Position numbers and translations under genes: made by a program. The notes beneath the pieces are model-generated. The model was not told the DNA's origin. It did not search any database and was given only the letters and a program-made list of their open reading frames with translations. Below are positions 1 through 9,148 of a DNA stretch of 64,000 nt, piece by piece (position 1 is the stretch's first letter; every line of letters begins with the position of its first letter). Source of the DNA: Alphaproteobacteria bacterium (lineage in GTDB: Bacteria; Pseudomonadota; Alphaproteobacteria; Rhizobiales; Xanthobacteraceae). Location: the NCBI GenBank assembly GCA_037200445.1, contig JBBCGH010000001.1, forward strand, positions 4,335,162 to 4,399,161. Reading direction: 5' to 3'.

Positions 1-534
1 AACGAGACCATCCTCGAGCGCGCGCTGGCGCGGCTCGCTCCGCAAGTGTCCGGCGTAATACTCAACGCCAACGGCGATGCATCGCGCTTCGCCTCATTCG
101 GCTTGCCGGTGATCGCCGACAGCGTGCCGGACTTCGCGGGACCGCTCGCCGGCATCCTCGCAGGGCTTGATTGGGTTGCGGCAAACAAGCCAAACATCGA
201 GTGGGTCGTCAGTGTGCCGGGCGATTGCCCGTTTCTGCCGCGCGATCTCGTCGCGCGATTGCACGAGGCGCGCGCGCGCGAGGGCAAGCCCCTCGCCTGC
301 GCGCATTCCGGCGAATGGCGCCATCCCGTCGTCGGACTGTGGCAGGTCGGCCTGCGCGAGGACCTGCGCCACGCGATCACGGTCGAGGACCTGCGCAAGA
401 TCGAGGTGTGGACCGCCCGCCACGGCATCGCGCTGGCCGACTGGCCGGTCGAGCCGGTCGATCCGTTCTTCAACGTGAACACGCCGGAGGATGTGGAGAG
501 GGCGACAAGGCTTGCGCCCGCCGAAGCTCTCTAG
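1..534 (+). CDS. mobA: Molybdenum cofactor guanylyltransferase MobA (N-terminus lies upstream of the window)
   Basis: Frame 1 is open from nt 1 to TAG 532-534. Translation includes [32 protein letters not shown] and [12 protein letters not shown], typical MobA segments. Lies in a Moco gene cluster. Confidence 0.85.
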   Translation, partial: NETILERALARLAPQVSGVILNANGDASRFASFGLPVIADSVPDFAGPLAGILAGLDWVAANKPNIEWVVSVPGDCPFLPRDLVARLHEARAREGKPLACAHSGEWRHPVVGLWQVGLREDLRHAITVEDLRKIEVWTARHGIALADWPVEPVDPFFNVNTPEDVERATRLAPAEAL

Positions 535-539
535 CCGCG

Positions 540-785
540 CTACAGCTGACCGTAGCGTTTCAGCACGTCCAGGCAGCGCTGTCCGACCTCGTTGTGGCGT
601 TCGGCAAGAGTCGCGCCGCATTTCCAAAGCGCAGCAGAGTTGATGCCCTGGGAGCGATCGCAGAGGCGAAGCGCCGCGGACTTGCATGGCAGCATCGTCC
701 AAAGCATCTTGCGATCTACTTCCTCGGCCTTCGCCGACGATGCAAGGCATAGCAACGCAGCCATCAAGACCCCAGTAATACGCAT
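540..785 (-). CDS. Small secreted Cys-containing protein (81 aa), function unknown
   Basis: An internal ATG (rc of 783-785) in ORF 540..977 gives MRITGVLMAALLCLASSAKA/EEV, a Sec-type signal peptide. The mature part has 4 Cys. The upstream part of the listed ORF looks non-coding. Confidence 0.5.
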   Translation of the reverse strand: MRITGVLMAALLCLASSAKAEEVDRKMLWTMLPCKSAALRLCDRSQGINSAALWKCGATLAERHNEVGQRCLDVLKRYGQL

Positions 786-966
786 GCTTCCCCCAAATAT
801 TGAGCGACAGAGCGCCGAAATCGCGGAGTATAGGATCGCGGCACCGGGCCCAATGCTCCAATGGGATACCGGTTCCGCCCATCGGATCGGCTTTTGATAC
901 TTGGAGCTATTTGATGAGCATGCCGGCGCCGGGGATGGTATTATCGTAGCGATCACGCAGGCGGAG

Positions 967-2223
967 CTAGCCCGCAAGCACCGAGTAGGGCAGAAAACCG
1001 ATCGTCTCGCCCTTCGCGATCTCGGTCACGTCGTCGGCGAGTTCGGCCAGGCCATCCGTCGCGGTCAGCGAGGAGATGACCCCCGCCCCATCCTGCGGAT
1101 GCTTGTGCGCTTCGTAACTGCCGTCATCGAGCCGCGCCAGCGATACGCGCACGTATTCGCGCCGGCCTTTCTTCTTGCGGTAGGGAAACCCGGCCTTCAC
1201 CGGCAGCGCGATCAGCGGCTCCGGATTTGCGCCGGCAAGGCGCAAGAGCAGCGGCCGCACCACGCGCGCGAACGTCACGAACACCGCGACCGGATTGCCC
1301 GGCAGCCCGACGAAGGCAGTCCCGCGCAGCACGCCCATCGCGACCGGACGGCCCGGCTTGATCGCGACCCGCCAGAACACCAGCGAGCCCGCCGCGCCGA
1401 TCGCGTCCTTCACGTAGTCGGCCTCACCCGTGGATACGCCGCCGGAGGTGAGCACGAGGTCCTGCCCCTGCGCGGCCTCGGCAAGACGCGCGGCGAGCTT
1501 CTCGCGATCGTCGCGCAGGATGCCGAGGTCGCTGACCTCGACTTCGAGCCGCGACAAAAGCCCACGCAGCAATTCGCGGTTGGCGTCGTAGAGGCCCGCG
1601 GCCGGCAGCGGCGCGCCCGGCTCCACGATCTCGTCGCCGGTCGAGAAGATCGCAACGCGCACGCGCCGGCGCACCGGCAGATCGCGCAAGCCCAGCGCCG
1701 CCGCCATGCTGAGATCCTGCGGCTGCAACCGCCGGCCGGCGGCAAGCGCGACCGCGCCGCGCCGCACATCTTCGCCAGCGTCGCGCATGTTGGCGCCGCG
1801 CTTGAGGCCCGCCGGGACGATCACCGCGCCGCCTTCCGTGCGCACGTCCTCCTGCATGAACACCGTATCGGCGCCCGCCGGCATCGGCGCGCCGGTGAAG
1901 ATGCGGATCGCCTCGCCTGCCGCAATGGCGTGCGCGGCGGCGCGTCCGGCCGTGAGCCGGTCAACGACTTTGAGGGCAGTCTCGTCTTTTGCGCCGATGT
2001 CCGCGTGACGCACCGCGTAGCCATCGACCGCCGAGTTGTCGAAAGGCGGCAGGTCGATCGGCGCAACGATATCCGCGGCGAGCACGCGGCCGCGCGCATC
2101 CCTGAGTGCAACCATCTCGGTCTCGGCGACCGGCGTGACCCGCTCGGCGATCAGCCGCTCGACGTCGTCGATCGCGAGCAGCGGCCCGCCGAACGCGAAG
2201 CAGTCGTCGGTGAGCTGGGCCAT
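967..2223 (-). CDS. moeA: Molybdopterin molybdenumtransferase MoeA
   Basis: 418 aa. The N-terminal PPFDNSAVDGYAV motif and full MoeA domain order are recognisable. The start overlaps the mobB stop (TGATG). Confidence 0.9.
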   Translation of the reverse strand: MAQLTDDCFAFGGPLLAIDDVERLIAERVTPVAETEMVALRDARGRVLAADIVAPIDLPPFDNSAVDGYAVRHADIGAKDETALKVVDRLTAGRAAAHAIAAGEAIRIFTGAPMPAGADTVFMQEDVRTEGGAVIVPAGLKRGANMRDAGEDVRRGAVALAAGRRLQPQDLSMAAALGLRDLPVRRRVRVAIFSTGDEIVEPGAPLPAAGLYDANRELLRGLLSRLEVEVSDLGILRDDREKLAARLAEAAQGQDLVLTSGGVSTGEADYVKDAIGAAGSLVFWRVAIKPGRPVAMGVLRGTAFVGLPGNPVAVFVTFARVVRPLLLRLAGANPEPLIALPVKAGFPYRKKKGRREYVRVSLARLDDGSYEAHKHPQDGAGVISSLTATDGLAELADDVTEIAKGETIGFLPYSVLAG

Positions 2224-2753
2224 CAGCTCACCTCTTCGAGCACCGCATCGAGCGGCCGAGCCTTCGCGACCAGAATGTCCGCGACCGCGTCGGTATCGTT
2301 AAGTGCGACGACCGGCACGCGCGCCTTCACGTCTCCGTCCGTTGCGATGGCCACGATATTCGGATCGTCCGGTGCAAGCAGCGGCTTGCCGACAACCGCG
2401 CGATAGACTTCGAGCTTTGGGTGCGCTTCGCGCTTGAAGCCTTCGACCAGCACGAGATCGACCGGCGACAATTTTGCGAGCAGCGCGCCCAGCGCAAGCT
2501 CGGGCGCGCCGCGCAGCTCGTGCATCAGCGCGAAGCGGTTGGCCGACGAGATCAGCACCTCGGTCGCCCCGGCGGCGCGATGGGTGTGCGAGTCCTTGCC
2601 GGGCTGGTCGACGTCGAAGGCATGGTGCGCGTGCTTGATCGTGGACACGCGTAGTCCCCGCGCGGTGAGGTGCGGGATCACACGCGTCAGCAGCGTGGTC
2701 TTCCCCGCCCCGCTCCAGCCTGCGATGCCGATGACCTTCATGGGCCGCATCAT
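2223..2753 (-). CDS. mobB: Molybdopterin-guanine dinucleotide biosynthesis adaptor MobB
   Basis: P-loop in MKVIGIAGWSGAGKTTLL, followed by STIKHAHH. The true start may be the MKVIG ATG at 2741. Tightly packed with flanking Moco genes. Confidence 0.9.
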   Translation of the reverse strand: MMRPMKVIGIAGWSGAGKTTLLTRVIPHLTARGLRVSTIKHAHHAFDVDQPGKDSHTHRAAGATEVLISSANRFALMHELRGAPELALGALLAKLSPVDLVLVEGFKREAHPKLEVYRAVVGKPLLAPDDPNIVAIATDGDVKARVPVVALNDTDAVADILVAKARPLDAVLEEVS

Positions 2754-2754
2754 A

Positions 2755-4731
2755 TCAGGCCGGCACCATACCGAGTGCCGCGATGCGCGCGCGCACGTCT
2801 GGATCGGTTAACGCCGCAAGGAACGCCTGAACCGGCGCACGCTCACGCCGGGCGTCGAGGAGCAGAAAATCGTAGTTCTCGGGCGAGAGCCGCAGGAAGC
2901 CGAGCCCATACATGTCGGCGACAGACTGGATCGCGACGCCCCAGTCGGCGCGGCCCTGCGCCACGGCCGCCGCAACCGCATTGTGCGAGCGCGGCTGGTT
3001 GCCGTAGCCGGGCGGGCGCGCCGCGCCGACGAGCCGATCGATCAGGATGCGGGTGCCGGCGCCGGCATTGCGATTGACCATGATGCAATCCGGATCGGCG
3101 AGCGCAGTTTTGAGCGCATCCTGCGCGCTCTTGCCTGTAAAGCGCGCATCGCCCGTGCGGAAGACGACGCCTTGCATGCGCTGCCAGCCGCGCACCAGCG
3201 AGAGACCATCCTTCGCATATTGCTCGTTGTAGACGCCGGTCGCCGGGTCCATGAGATGGATCGGCGCGAGATCGCATTCGCCGCGCCGCGCCGCCGCAAC
3301 GCCGCCCATGCTGCCGATCGCAATGGTGCGCGCCGAGATGCCTTGCGCGGAGAGCGCCGAGAGCATCGCATCGAGCGCCACGCAATGACTGCCCGCGATC
3401 ACCAGGTCGGGCGCGCGTGCCTGCCCGATCAGCGTGACCTTCGCGGTCGTTCCGGGATCGACCGCCGTGCGCAGCGCCTCGACTTCGAGGAACCCATCGG
3501 CCTGCGAGAAGGTCGTGACCGAGCCGGACCCCTTGCCGATCGGAAAGGCGATCTTGCCATTTTCGCCCGCGACCAGGGCCACAAGCACGAATTCCTTGCG
3601 GCCAAGTTCCGAGGGAATGCGCACCGGCACGGCGGCGTCGATCTGCACCGCCGCCTCGGGCGGGAGGCCCGCCTTGGCGCGGATCACCGGCGCAACGTAG
3701 GCGTGGAAGGTGAAGATCGCCGAGGTCGGAAAACCCGGCAGGACGACGATGGGCTTGCCTTCGACGACGCCGAGGCAGAGCGGCTTGCCGGGCTTGAGCG
3801 CGACGCCATGCACGATCACGCCGGGCGCGCCCAGGCGCGACACGATGCGGTGCGAGAGGTCGCCCGCGCCCTTGGAGGTGCCGCCGGAGAGCACCACCGC
3901 GTCGCATCGCGCGAGCGCGCCGCGCACCGCGGCCTCCAGCGCATCTTCGTCATCGGGAAACGCGCCGAAGGCGATCGCCTCGCCGCCTGCCTCCGCGACC
4001 GCCGCCGCGATGATCGCGCCGTTCGAATCATACACGGCACCCGGCCACAGCGGCGCGCCGAGCCTTGCCAGCTCGTCGCCGGTCGACAGCACCGCGATCT
4101 TGGGTCGCCGCACGACATCGACCGTAGCGAGCCCGCACGCCGCCAGCATGCCGATCTCGCGCGAGGAAATCATCGCGCCGCGCCGCAGCAGCGTCTCACC
4201 GCGCGCGATGTCGGACCCCGCGTAGGAGACGAACGTTCCGGGCGAGACGGCGCGGCGCAGATCGATCGCGGGCACGGCTGCGTCGATCAGCTCGGTGTTC
4301 TCGATCATCACCACGGCATCCGCGCCGCGCGGGATCATGCCGCCGGTCGCGATCGCGGTGGCGGTGGCGGGCGCGACGGTGAGGTGGGGTGCATGGCCGC
4401 AGGCGATGACCTCGGTGTTGAGCGTGAGGCGCTTCGGTGCGCCGTCGGCGGCGCCGGTCGTATCGGCGGCGCGAACCGCGAAGCCGTCGACGTTGGAGCG
4501 GTCGAACGGCGGTACGTCGATCGGCGCCGCAACATCGTGCGCCAGCACGCGGCCCAGAGCATCGGCGAGCGAAGCAGTTTCGGCGGAGAGCGGCGACAGA
4601 TCGAGATGCTTCGTAAACCGCGCCGTCGCCTCCTCGGCGGAAACGACTTCGAGAAACTGCTCCTGCCGGGCTGCCGCGCGCACCGCATCGAGCAGCGCGA
4701 TCTCGGGGCGCGTGCGGCTCGCGTCATTCAT
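2755..4731 (-). CDS. MoeA-domain protein fused to a C-terminal periplasmic-binding-protein-like domain
   Basis: The start was chosen at MNDASRTRPE (ATG, rc of 4729-4731), which forms an ATGA overlap with the upstream gene stop. The N-terminal two thirds are MoeA-like (PPFDRSNVDGFAV, GGTSKGAGD). The C-terminal roughly 250 aa resemble a PBP/LysR-substrate-like domain. Confidence 0.8.
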   Translation of the reverse strand: MNDASRTRPEIALLDAVRAAARQEQFLEVVSAEEATARFTKHLDLSPLSAETASLADALGRVLAHDVAAPIDVPPFDRSNVDGFAVRAADTTGAADGAPKRLTLNTEVIACGHAPHLTVAPATATAIATGGMIPRGADAVVMIENTELIDAAVPAIDLRRAVSPGTFVSYAGSDIARGETLLRRGAMISSREIGMLAACGLATVDVVRRPKIAVLSTGDELARLGAPLWPGAVYDSNGAIIAAAVAEAGGEAIAFGAFPDDEDALEAAVRGALARCDAVVLSGGTSKGAGDLSHRIVSRLGAPGVIVHGVALKPGKPLCLGVVEGKPIVVLPGFPTSAIFTFHAYVAPVIRAKAGLPPEAAVQIDAAVPVRIPSELGRKEFVLVALVAGENGKIAFPIGKGSGSVTTFSQADGFLEVEALRTAVDPGTTAKVTLIGQARAPDLVIAGSHCVALDAMLSALSAQGISARTIAIGSMGGVAAARRGECDLAPIHLMDPATGVYNEQYAKDGLSLVRGWQRMQGVVFRTGDARFTGKSAQDALKTALADPDCIMVNRNAGAGTRILIDRLVGAARPPGYGNQPRSHNAVAAAVAQGRADWGVAIQSVADMYGLGFLRLSPENYDFLLLDARRERAPVQAFLAALTDPDVRARIAALGMVPA

Positions 4732-5789
4732 GGGAAGGCCCGCATCTCGAGCGCAGCGCCTGCCGCGAAGCCTTCGCTTTCCGGCGCCACCAGCACCCAG
4801 CCGTCCGCGCGCGTGAGCGCCTGCATCGGCCAATACCCCGAGGCGAGCGGCTCGGCGCCCCGCTCCGTGACGCGCACCGGCACGACCTCGGCGAGGCCGA
4901 CGGTCGAGACGATCTTGCGTGCCAGCGTGATCGGCATGCCGCGAGATGTAGGCGCGCCGGTCAGCCCGCGCAAAAGCGCATCGCCGACGACGAGGAAGCC
5001 GCTCAGCGCGGCATCGAGTCGCCCCGGTAGCAGCAAAACGGGCTGCGCTCCGACCTGCCCGAGGGCCGCGGTTTCCCCCGGCGACAATCCGAAGCCATGA
5101 ATATCGACGGTTCCGGCGCGCGCGAGCATCTCGACACTGCGATCCTGCGTCCCCGCCCCGGTTCCACCGACCGCGATGATCGCATCGGCCTCCTCGGTGA
5201 GTGCGCGTTGCAGCGCGCGCACGAAAGTCACCTTCGCGCCGTGCGCCGCGACCCCGCGCGCGACCGCGAGCGCCGCGGCGTCAGCACCGGCCGACACGAC
5301 GCGGACACGCGGCTCGCGCACGTGGATACGCGACACGCCAACGGCTTCCAGCGCGCCCACGTCGGCGGCGCGCAATCTCTCGCTCGCGCGGCGGAGCGGA
5401 CGCTCCGGCGTCGCGTCGCCGCCCGCACCAAGCACCCCATCGCCCGCCGTTGCGGCGGCATGCGCTTCCGCGCCTGTGACAGCGTCGGGCGCCAGCACGG
5501 CGTCGGTGCCGGGCGGCATGGGGGCACCCGCATCCACCCAGGTCGGCGGAGCGCTCAGCACGACTGGTGCATAGGGCCCGGCGTCCGCCACCTCATCGGC
5601 GCGCACGGCCCACCCGTCGGTGAGCGCCATCAGCGCCGCGGGCCAGGGCCCCGCAAAAACATCCTCGGCCAGCACGCGGCCCTCGGCGTCCTGCAACGCG
5701 ACGCCGCGCGGGCCCAATGGCCGCACCAGCGCGGCGACGCGCGCAAGTACGTCGGCAAGCGGCGTCAATGTGGAAATCCGCTGTGTCAT
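4728..5789 (-). CDS. MoeA-like molybdopterin-binding protein (short paralogue)
   Basis: 353 aa with a MoeA N-terminal-like segment (LTDGWAVRADEV) and an MoCF-binding-like core (AIIAVGGTGAGTQD). First gene of the minus-strand Moco operon. Confidence 0.7.
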   Translation of the reverse strand: MTQRISTLTPLADVLARVAALVRPLGPRGVALQDAEGRVLAEDVFAGPWPAALMALTDGWAVRADEVADAGPYAPVVLSAPPTWVDAGAPMPPGTDAVLAPDAVTGAEAHAAATAGDGVLGAGGDATPERPLRRASERLRAADVGALEAVGVSRIHVREPRVRVVSAGADAAALAVARGVAAHGAKVTFVRALQRALTEEADAIIAVGGTGAGTQDRSVEMLARAGTVDIHGFGLSPGETAALGQVGAQPVLLLPGRLDAALSGFLVVGDALLRGLTGAPTSRGMPITLARKIVSTVGLAEVVPVRVTERGAEPLASGYWPMQALTRADGWVLVAPESEGFAAGAALEMRAFP

Positions 5790-5867
5790 GCCCCCTTGTG
5801 AGCGCGCCGGCGCGCGGCGGTCAAGCGCGCCCTTGACGTTGGGCGATAGGACACGTCCATTGCGCCA

Positions 5868-6098
5868 ATGTCCGAAACGACGCTCGACCTGCGCGGCCTG
5901 CGCTGCCCGCTGCCGGCGCTGAAGACACGCAAGGCGTTGACCCGCCTTGCGGCCGGCGACCGGCTTGTGGTCGAGTGCACCGACCCCTTGTCGACGCTCG
6001 ATATTCCGAACCTGATCAGCCAGACCGGCGACGTACTCGAAGGCTCCGAGAACCAGCCGGGCCTGTTCGTATTCCGCATCAAGAAGGCCGGCGCATGA
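5868..6098 (+). CDS. TusA/SirA-family sulfurtransferase-like protein
   Basis: 76 aa with LDLRGLRCPLPALKTRKAL, i.e. the conserved CPxP Cys motif of the TusA family. Divergent from the Moco operon. Confidence 0.8.
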   Translation: MSETTLDLRGLRCPLPALKTRKALTRLAAGDRLVVECTDPLSTLDIPNLISQTGDVLEGSENQPGLFVFRIKKAGA

Positions 6099-6139
6099 TC
6101 CCGAAAAGTGGGAACCGGTCTTCGGATCAGATCATGCGC
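6092..6139. repeat. Copy 1 of a roughly 48-nt nested-palindrome intergenic repeat (consensus gagcatgatcccgaaaagtgggtaccggttttcggaaaagatcatgctc)
   Basis: cgcatgatcccgaaaagtgggaaccggtcttcggatcagatcatgcg. It has an outer and an inner stem as in the other copies. It overlaps the TGA of the TusA-like gene (6096-6098). Confidence 0.75.
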
Positions 6140-6141
6140 AA

Positions 6142-7110
6142 ATGAAAGAGAACCCCATGCCGCACCGCTGCGCGATCCTCGACGATTACCAGAACGTCGC
6201 GACCAAGCTTGCCAACTGGTCGATCCCGGATGTCGAGGTGAAGATCTTCAACGAACCATTCGCAAGCCGCGAGGCGGCCGTGGCCGCCCTGAAGGGCTTC
6301 TCCATCATCTGCATGATGCGTGAGCGCACGCCGTTCCTCAAACCGACGCTGGAGCAGCTGCCGGACCTCAAGCTGCTGCTCACCTCGGGCATGCGCAACG
6401 CCTCGATCGATCTCGACTACGCGGCGGAGCGCGGCATCACGGTGTGCGGTACCGAAGCAGCCGGACAGCCGACCGCGGAGCTCGCCGTCGGCATCATGCT
6501 CGAGCTCGCTCGCAAGATCGGCTACGAGAACAACCGCATGAAGCAGGGCGTGCCGTGGCAGTCGACGCTCGGCATCGAGCTCGCGGGAAAGACGCTCGGC
6601 CTGCTCGGCTTCGGCAAGCTCGGCTCAAAGGTCGGTGAGATCGGCAAGGCGATCGGCATGAAGCTGATCGCCTGGAGCGAGAATCTCACAGAGGAGAAAG
6701 CGAAAGCCGGCGGCGCCACGCTGGTCTCGAAGCAGGACCTGTTCCGGCAGGCGGATTTTCTCTCCGTTCATCTCGTGCTGAGCCCGCGTTCGCGCGGTCT
6801 GGTGACCGGCCTCGATCTCGCGCTGATGAAGCCGACCGCCTTCATCATCAACACGTCGCGCGGCCCGATCATCGACGAGCCCTCTCTGCTCGCCGCACTC
6901 GGCAGCCGCAAGATCGCGGGCGCCGGCCTCGATACGTTCGACGTCGAGCCGCTGCCGGTGAACCACCCGTTGCGCAAGCTCGACAATGTCGTGCTCACCC
7001 CGCACCTCGGCTATGTCAGCCAGGAGGGATACAAGATCTACTACACGCAGATGGTGGACGACATCAGGCAGTGGCTGGCGGGGAGCCCGGTGCGGGTGTT
7101 GAAGAAATAA
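6142..7110 (+). CDS. D-isomer-specific 2-hydroxyacid dehydrogenase family, NAD-binding
   Basis: GKTLGLLGFGKLGSKVG Rossmann motif and a C-terminal NVVLTPHLGY catalytic His region. The more likely start is the MPHRCAILDDYQ ATG at 6157. Confidence 0.85.
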   Translation: MKENPMPHRCAILDDYQNVATKLANWSIPDVEVKIFNEPFASREAAVAALKGFSIICMMRERTPFLKPTLEQLPDLKLLLTSGMRNASIDLDYAAERGITVCGTEAAGQPTAELAVGIMLELARKIGYENNRMKQGVPWQSTLGIELAGKTLGLLGFGKLGSKVGEIGKAIGMKLIAWSENLTEEKAKAGGATLVSKQDLFRQADFLSVHLVLSPRSRGLVTGLDLALMKPTAFIINTSRGPIIDEPSLLAALGSRKIAGAGLDTFDVEPLPVNHPLRKLDNVVLTPHLGYVSQEGYKIYYTQMVDDIRQWLAGSPVRVLKK

Positions 7111-7120
7111 GCGCCGAACT

Positions 7121-7266
7121 CTCCTTCTTGACCTCTCCCCGCCTGCGGGGAGAGGTCGACACGCCGCAGGCGTGTCGGGTGAGGGGCAGTTTCGGAACGA
7201 TACCCCTCATCCGCCCTCGCTTCGCTCGGGCACCTTCTCACCGCGATGCGGGGAGAAGGAAAGAAG
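7121..7266. repeat. Roughly 145-nt composite palindromic (MITE/REP-like) element filling a convergent intergenic gap
   Basis: Hairpins cctctccccgcctgcggggagagg, gacacgccgcaggcgtgtc, and ccttctcaccgcgatgcggggagaagg at the other end. The ends are imperfect inverted repeats. Same architecture as 62799-62920. Confidence 0.7.
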
Positions 7267-8325
7267 CTACCCCTTCCACCCTTTCGCCTGCGCCTCCACC
7301 TCCTTGGCGTCGAACTTGTTGATGTCGTCGATCAGGTCGTTGGTGACGAGGTCGGCGCCGGAGACCTGCTGCTTCAGCACGCCGTTCTTGAAAAGAAATT
7401 CGGAATATTTCTCATAGTTCTCGACCAGGTTCTCGCCCCACTTCTTCGCGCCGACCGATTCAAGCCGCCAGCTCTTCGCGCGCGCCTCGAGCGTCTTCAC
7501 GTCGTCCTTCATCGCGTCCGCTTCGCTCTTTCCCGTCGCCTTGGTCTGCGGATACATCTCCCACATGATCCGGATCGCGGCCTCCGGGTTGGCAATCGCG
7601 AACACGGTGCCCATTGCGTAGCCCCTGGCCACCGCAACCGCCTCGGCGCGATTGTTGGCGAGCCGCTCCTCCAGCGCGATGAACCCGTTCGAGGGGAAAA
7701 TCGCGATCTCTTTGGTATCGAGCAGGCGCAGCTTGGCGCCGGCGTTTTCGGTCAGCGCGTATTGCGTGTCGAACTGCGAGAGCGCATCGACCTGATGCGA
7801 GCGCAGCAGCGCGGCGGTCTGCGCCGCCTCCCCGGCCACCACGATCGAGACGTCCTTGTCGGGATCGAAGCCGTTGTTCTTCGCGAGTGCGCGCGCCACG
7901 ATCACGCCCGCCGACGCCATCGAGGTCACGCCGATCTTCTTGCCCTTCAGGTCCGCGAAAGTCTTGATCGGCGAATCGTCGGGCACTGCGATGCCGTAAA
8001 TGTTCGCCTGATAGGCGGTGTAGAAGTTTTTGATCTTCACGCCCTGCGGCCGGATGATCGCGACCGGCTCGATCGAGGGTACGCCGTACTGCACGTCCTT
8101 GGTAGCCACCGCCTTCACGCAGTCGGTCGACCCGGGCATCGGCACCAGCTCGACCTTGATACCGGCTTTGGCGAACCAGCCCATCTTGGTGGCGATCGCA
8201 TACGGAGCGGCCGCCGACGACACGGTCTTGGCGCACCATGCGACGCGCACGTTGGTCTGCGCCTGCGCAAGGCTTGCGCCGGCCGCAAGCGCGATCGCGG
8301 ACAACAGAATGGCGGTTTTTCTCAT
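7267..8325 (-). CDS. ABC transporter substrate-binding protein (NitT/TauT, NMT1-like family)
   Basis: The internal ATG (rc of 8323-8325) is preceded by GGGAGAG. MRKTAILLSAIALAAGASLAQA is a signal peptide. Located next to the cognate permease and ATPase. Confidence 0.85.
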   Translation of the reverse strand: MRKTAILLSAIALAAGASLAQAQTNVRVAWCAKTVSSAAAPYAIATKMGWFAKAGIKVELVPMPGSTDCVKAVATKDVQYGVPSIEPVAIIRPQGVKIKNFYTAYQANIYGIAVPDDSPIKTFADLKGKKIGVTSMASAGVIVARALAKNNGFDPDKDVSIVVAGEAAQTAALLRSHQVDALSQFDTQYALTENAGAKLRLLDTKEIAIFPSNGFIALEERLANNRAEAVAVARGYAMGTVFAIANPEAAIRIMWEMYPQTKATGKSEADAMKDDVKTLEARAKSWRLESVGAKKWGENLVENYEKYSEFLFKNGVLKQQVSGADLVTNDLIDDINKFDAKEVEAQAKGWKG

Positions 8326-8350
8326 GTCTTCTCTCCCTCTCGAATTCGCT

Positions 8351-9148
8351 CTACACGGCGTCCTTCTTGGCGGCTTCGGCATCGAATTTCTGCGACGCGT
8401 CCCAGAACAGCACGCGGCGCCGCACGCCGATGACGATGCCGTTGAGCAGCAGCCCCAGGACCGACAGCAGCAGCAGCACGGAGAACTGCCCGGCCACATC
8501 CATGGTGAAATTCATGCTCTGGATCAGCATGCCCAGGCCGGACTGCGCGCCCACGAACTCCGCGACGATCGCGCCGATCAACGCGAAGATCATCGCGATC
8601 TCGAGGCCGGCGAAGATATAGGGCATCGCGTTCGGCAGCTGCAGCATCCAGAAGATCTGCGACCTGGTCGCCGCGAGCGACTTCATCAGATTGACCTTGT
8701 CCTCCTCGGCCGAGCGCAGACCCACGATGGTGTTGACCATGAGGGGAAAGAACGCCACCAGCGCGGCGTTCACCACCTTGGACGCCAGTCCAAGGCCGAA
8801 CCACACGATGATCAGCGGCGCGAGCGCGACCTTCGGCATCGACTGGAACATGACGATGAACGGATAGAGAAAATATTCGAACGGCCGCGACAGCGCGATC
8901 ACGGTGCCGAACAGGAACGCGAGCGTGGTGCCGACGACGAAACCGAGCAGGGTTTCGGAGAGCGTGATCCAGACGTGGTCGACATAGAGCCCGCTCACGA
9001 TGCCGCGCCAGAGTGCCGTGAACACGCTCGACGGGGTCGGCAGGATGAACATCGGGATCTCGAAGAAGCGCACCAGGGCTTCCCACACCGCGAGGAATGC
9101 GGCGATGAGCAGCAGTCGCAGCACGAAGTTCTTCGGGCCGCCGATCAT
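8351..9148 (-). CDS. ABC transporter permease (NitT/TauT family)
   Basis: 265 aa, multiple TM segments, EAA-like loop region (LMKSLAATRSQIFWMLQLPNAMPYIFAGLE). Confidence 0.9.
   Translation of the reverse strand: MIGGPKNFVLRLLLIAAFLAVWEALVRFFEIPMFILPTPSSVFTALWRGIVSGLYVDHVWITLSETLLGFVVGTTLAFLFGTVIALSRPFEYFLYPFIVMFQSMPKVALAPLIIVWFGLGLASKVVNAALVAFFPLMVNTIVGLRSAEEDKVNLMKSLAATRSQIFWMLQLPNAMPYIFAGLEIAMIFALIGAIVAEFVGAQSGLGMLIQSMNFTMDVAGQFSVLLLLSVLGLLLNGIVIGVRRRVLFWDASQKFDAEAAKKDAV

Noticed and set aside
901-5100. Long plus-strand ORFs (901..2406, 2983..5100 and others) opposite the Moco operon
   Set aside because: They are Arg/Ala/Gly/His-rich and carry no motifs. They lie exactly antisense to genes with clear MoeA/MobB signatures, so they are typical shadow ORFs of high-GC DNA.
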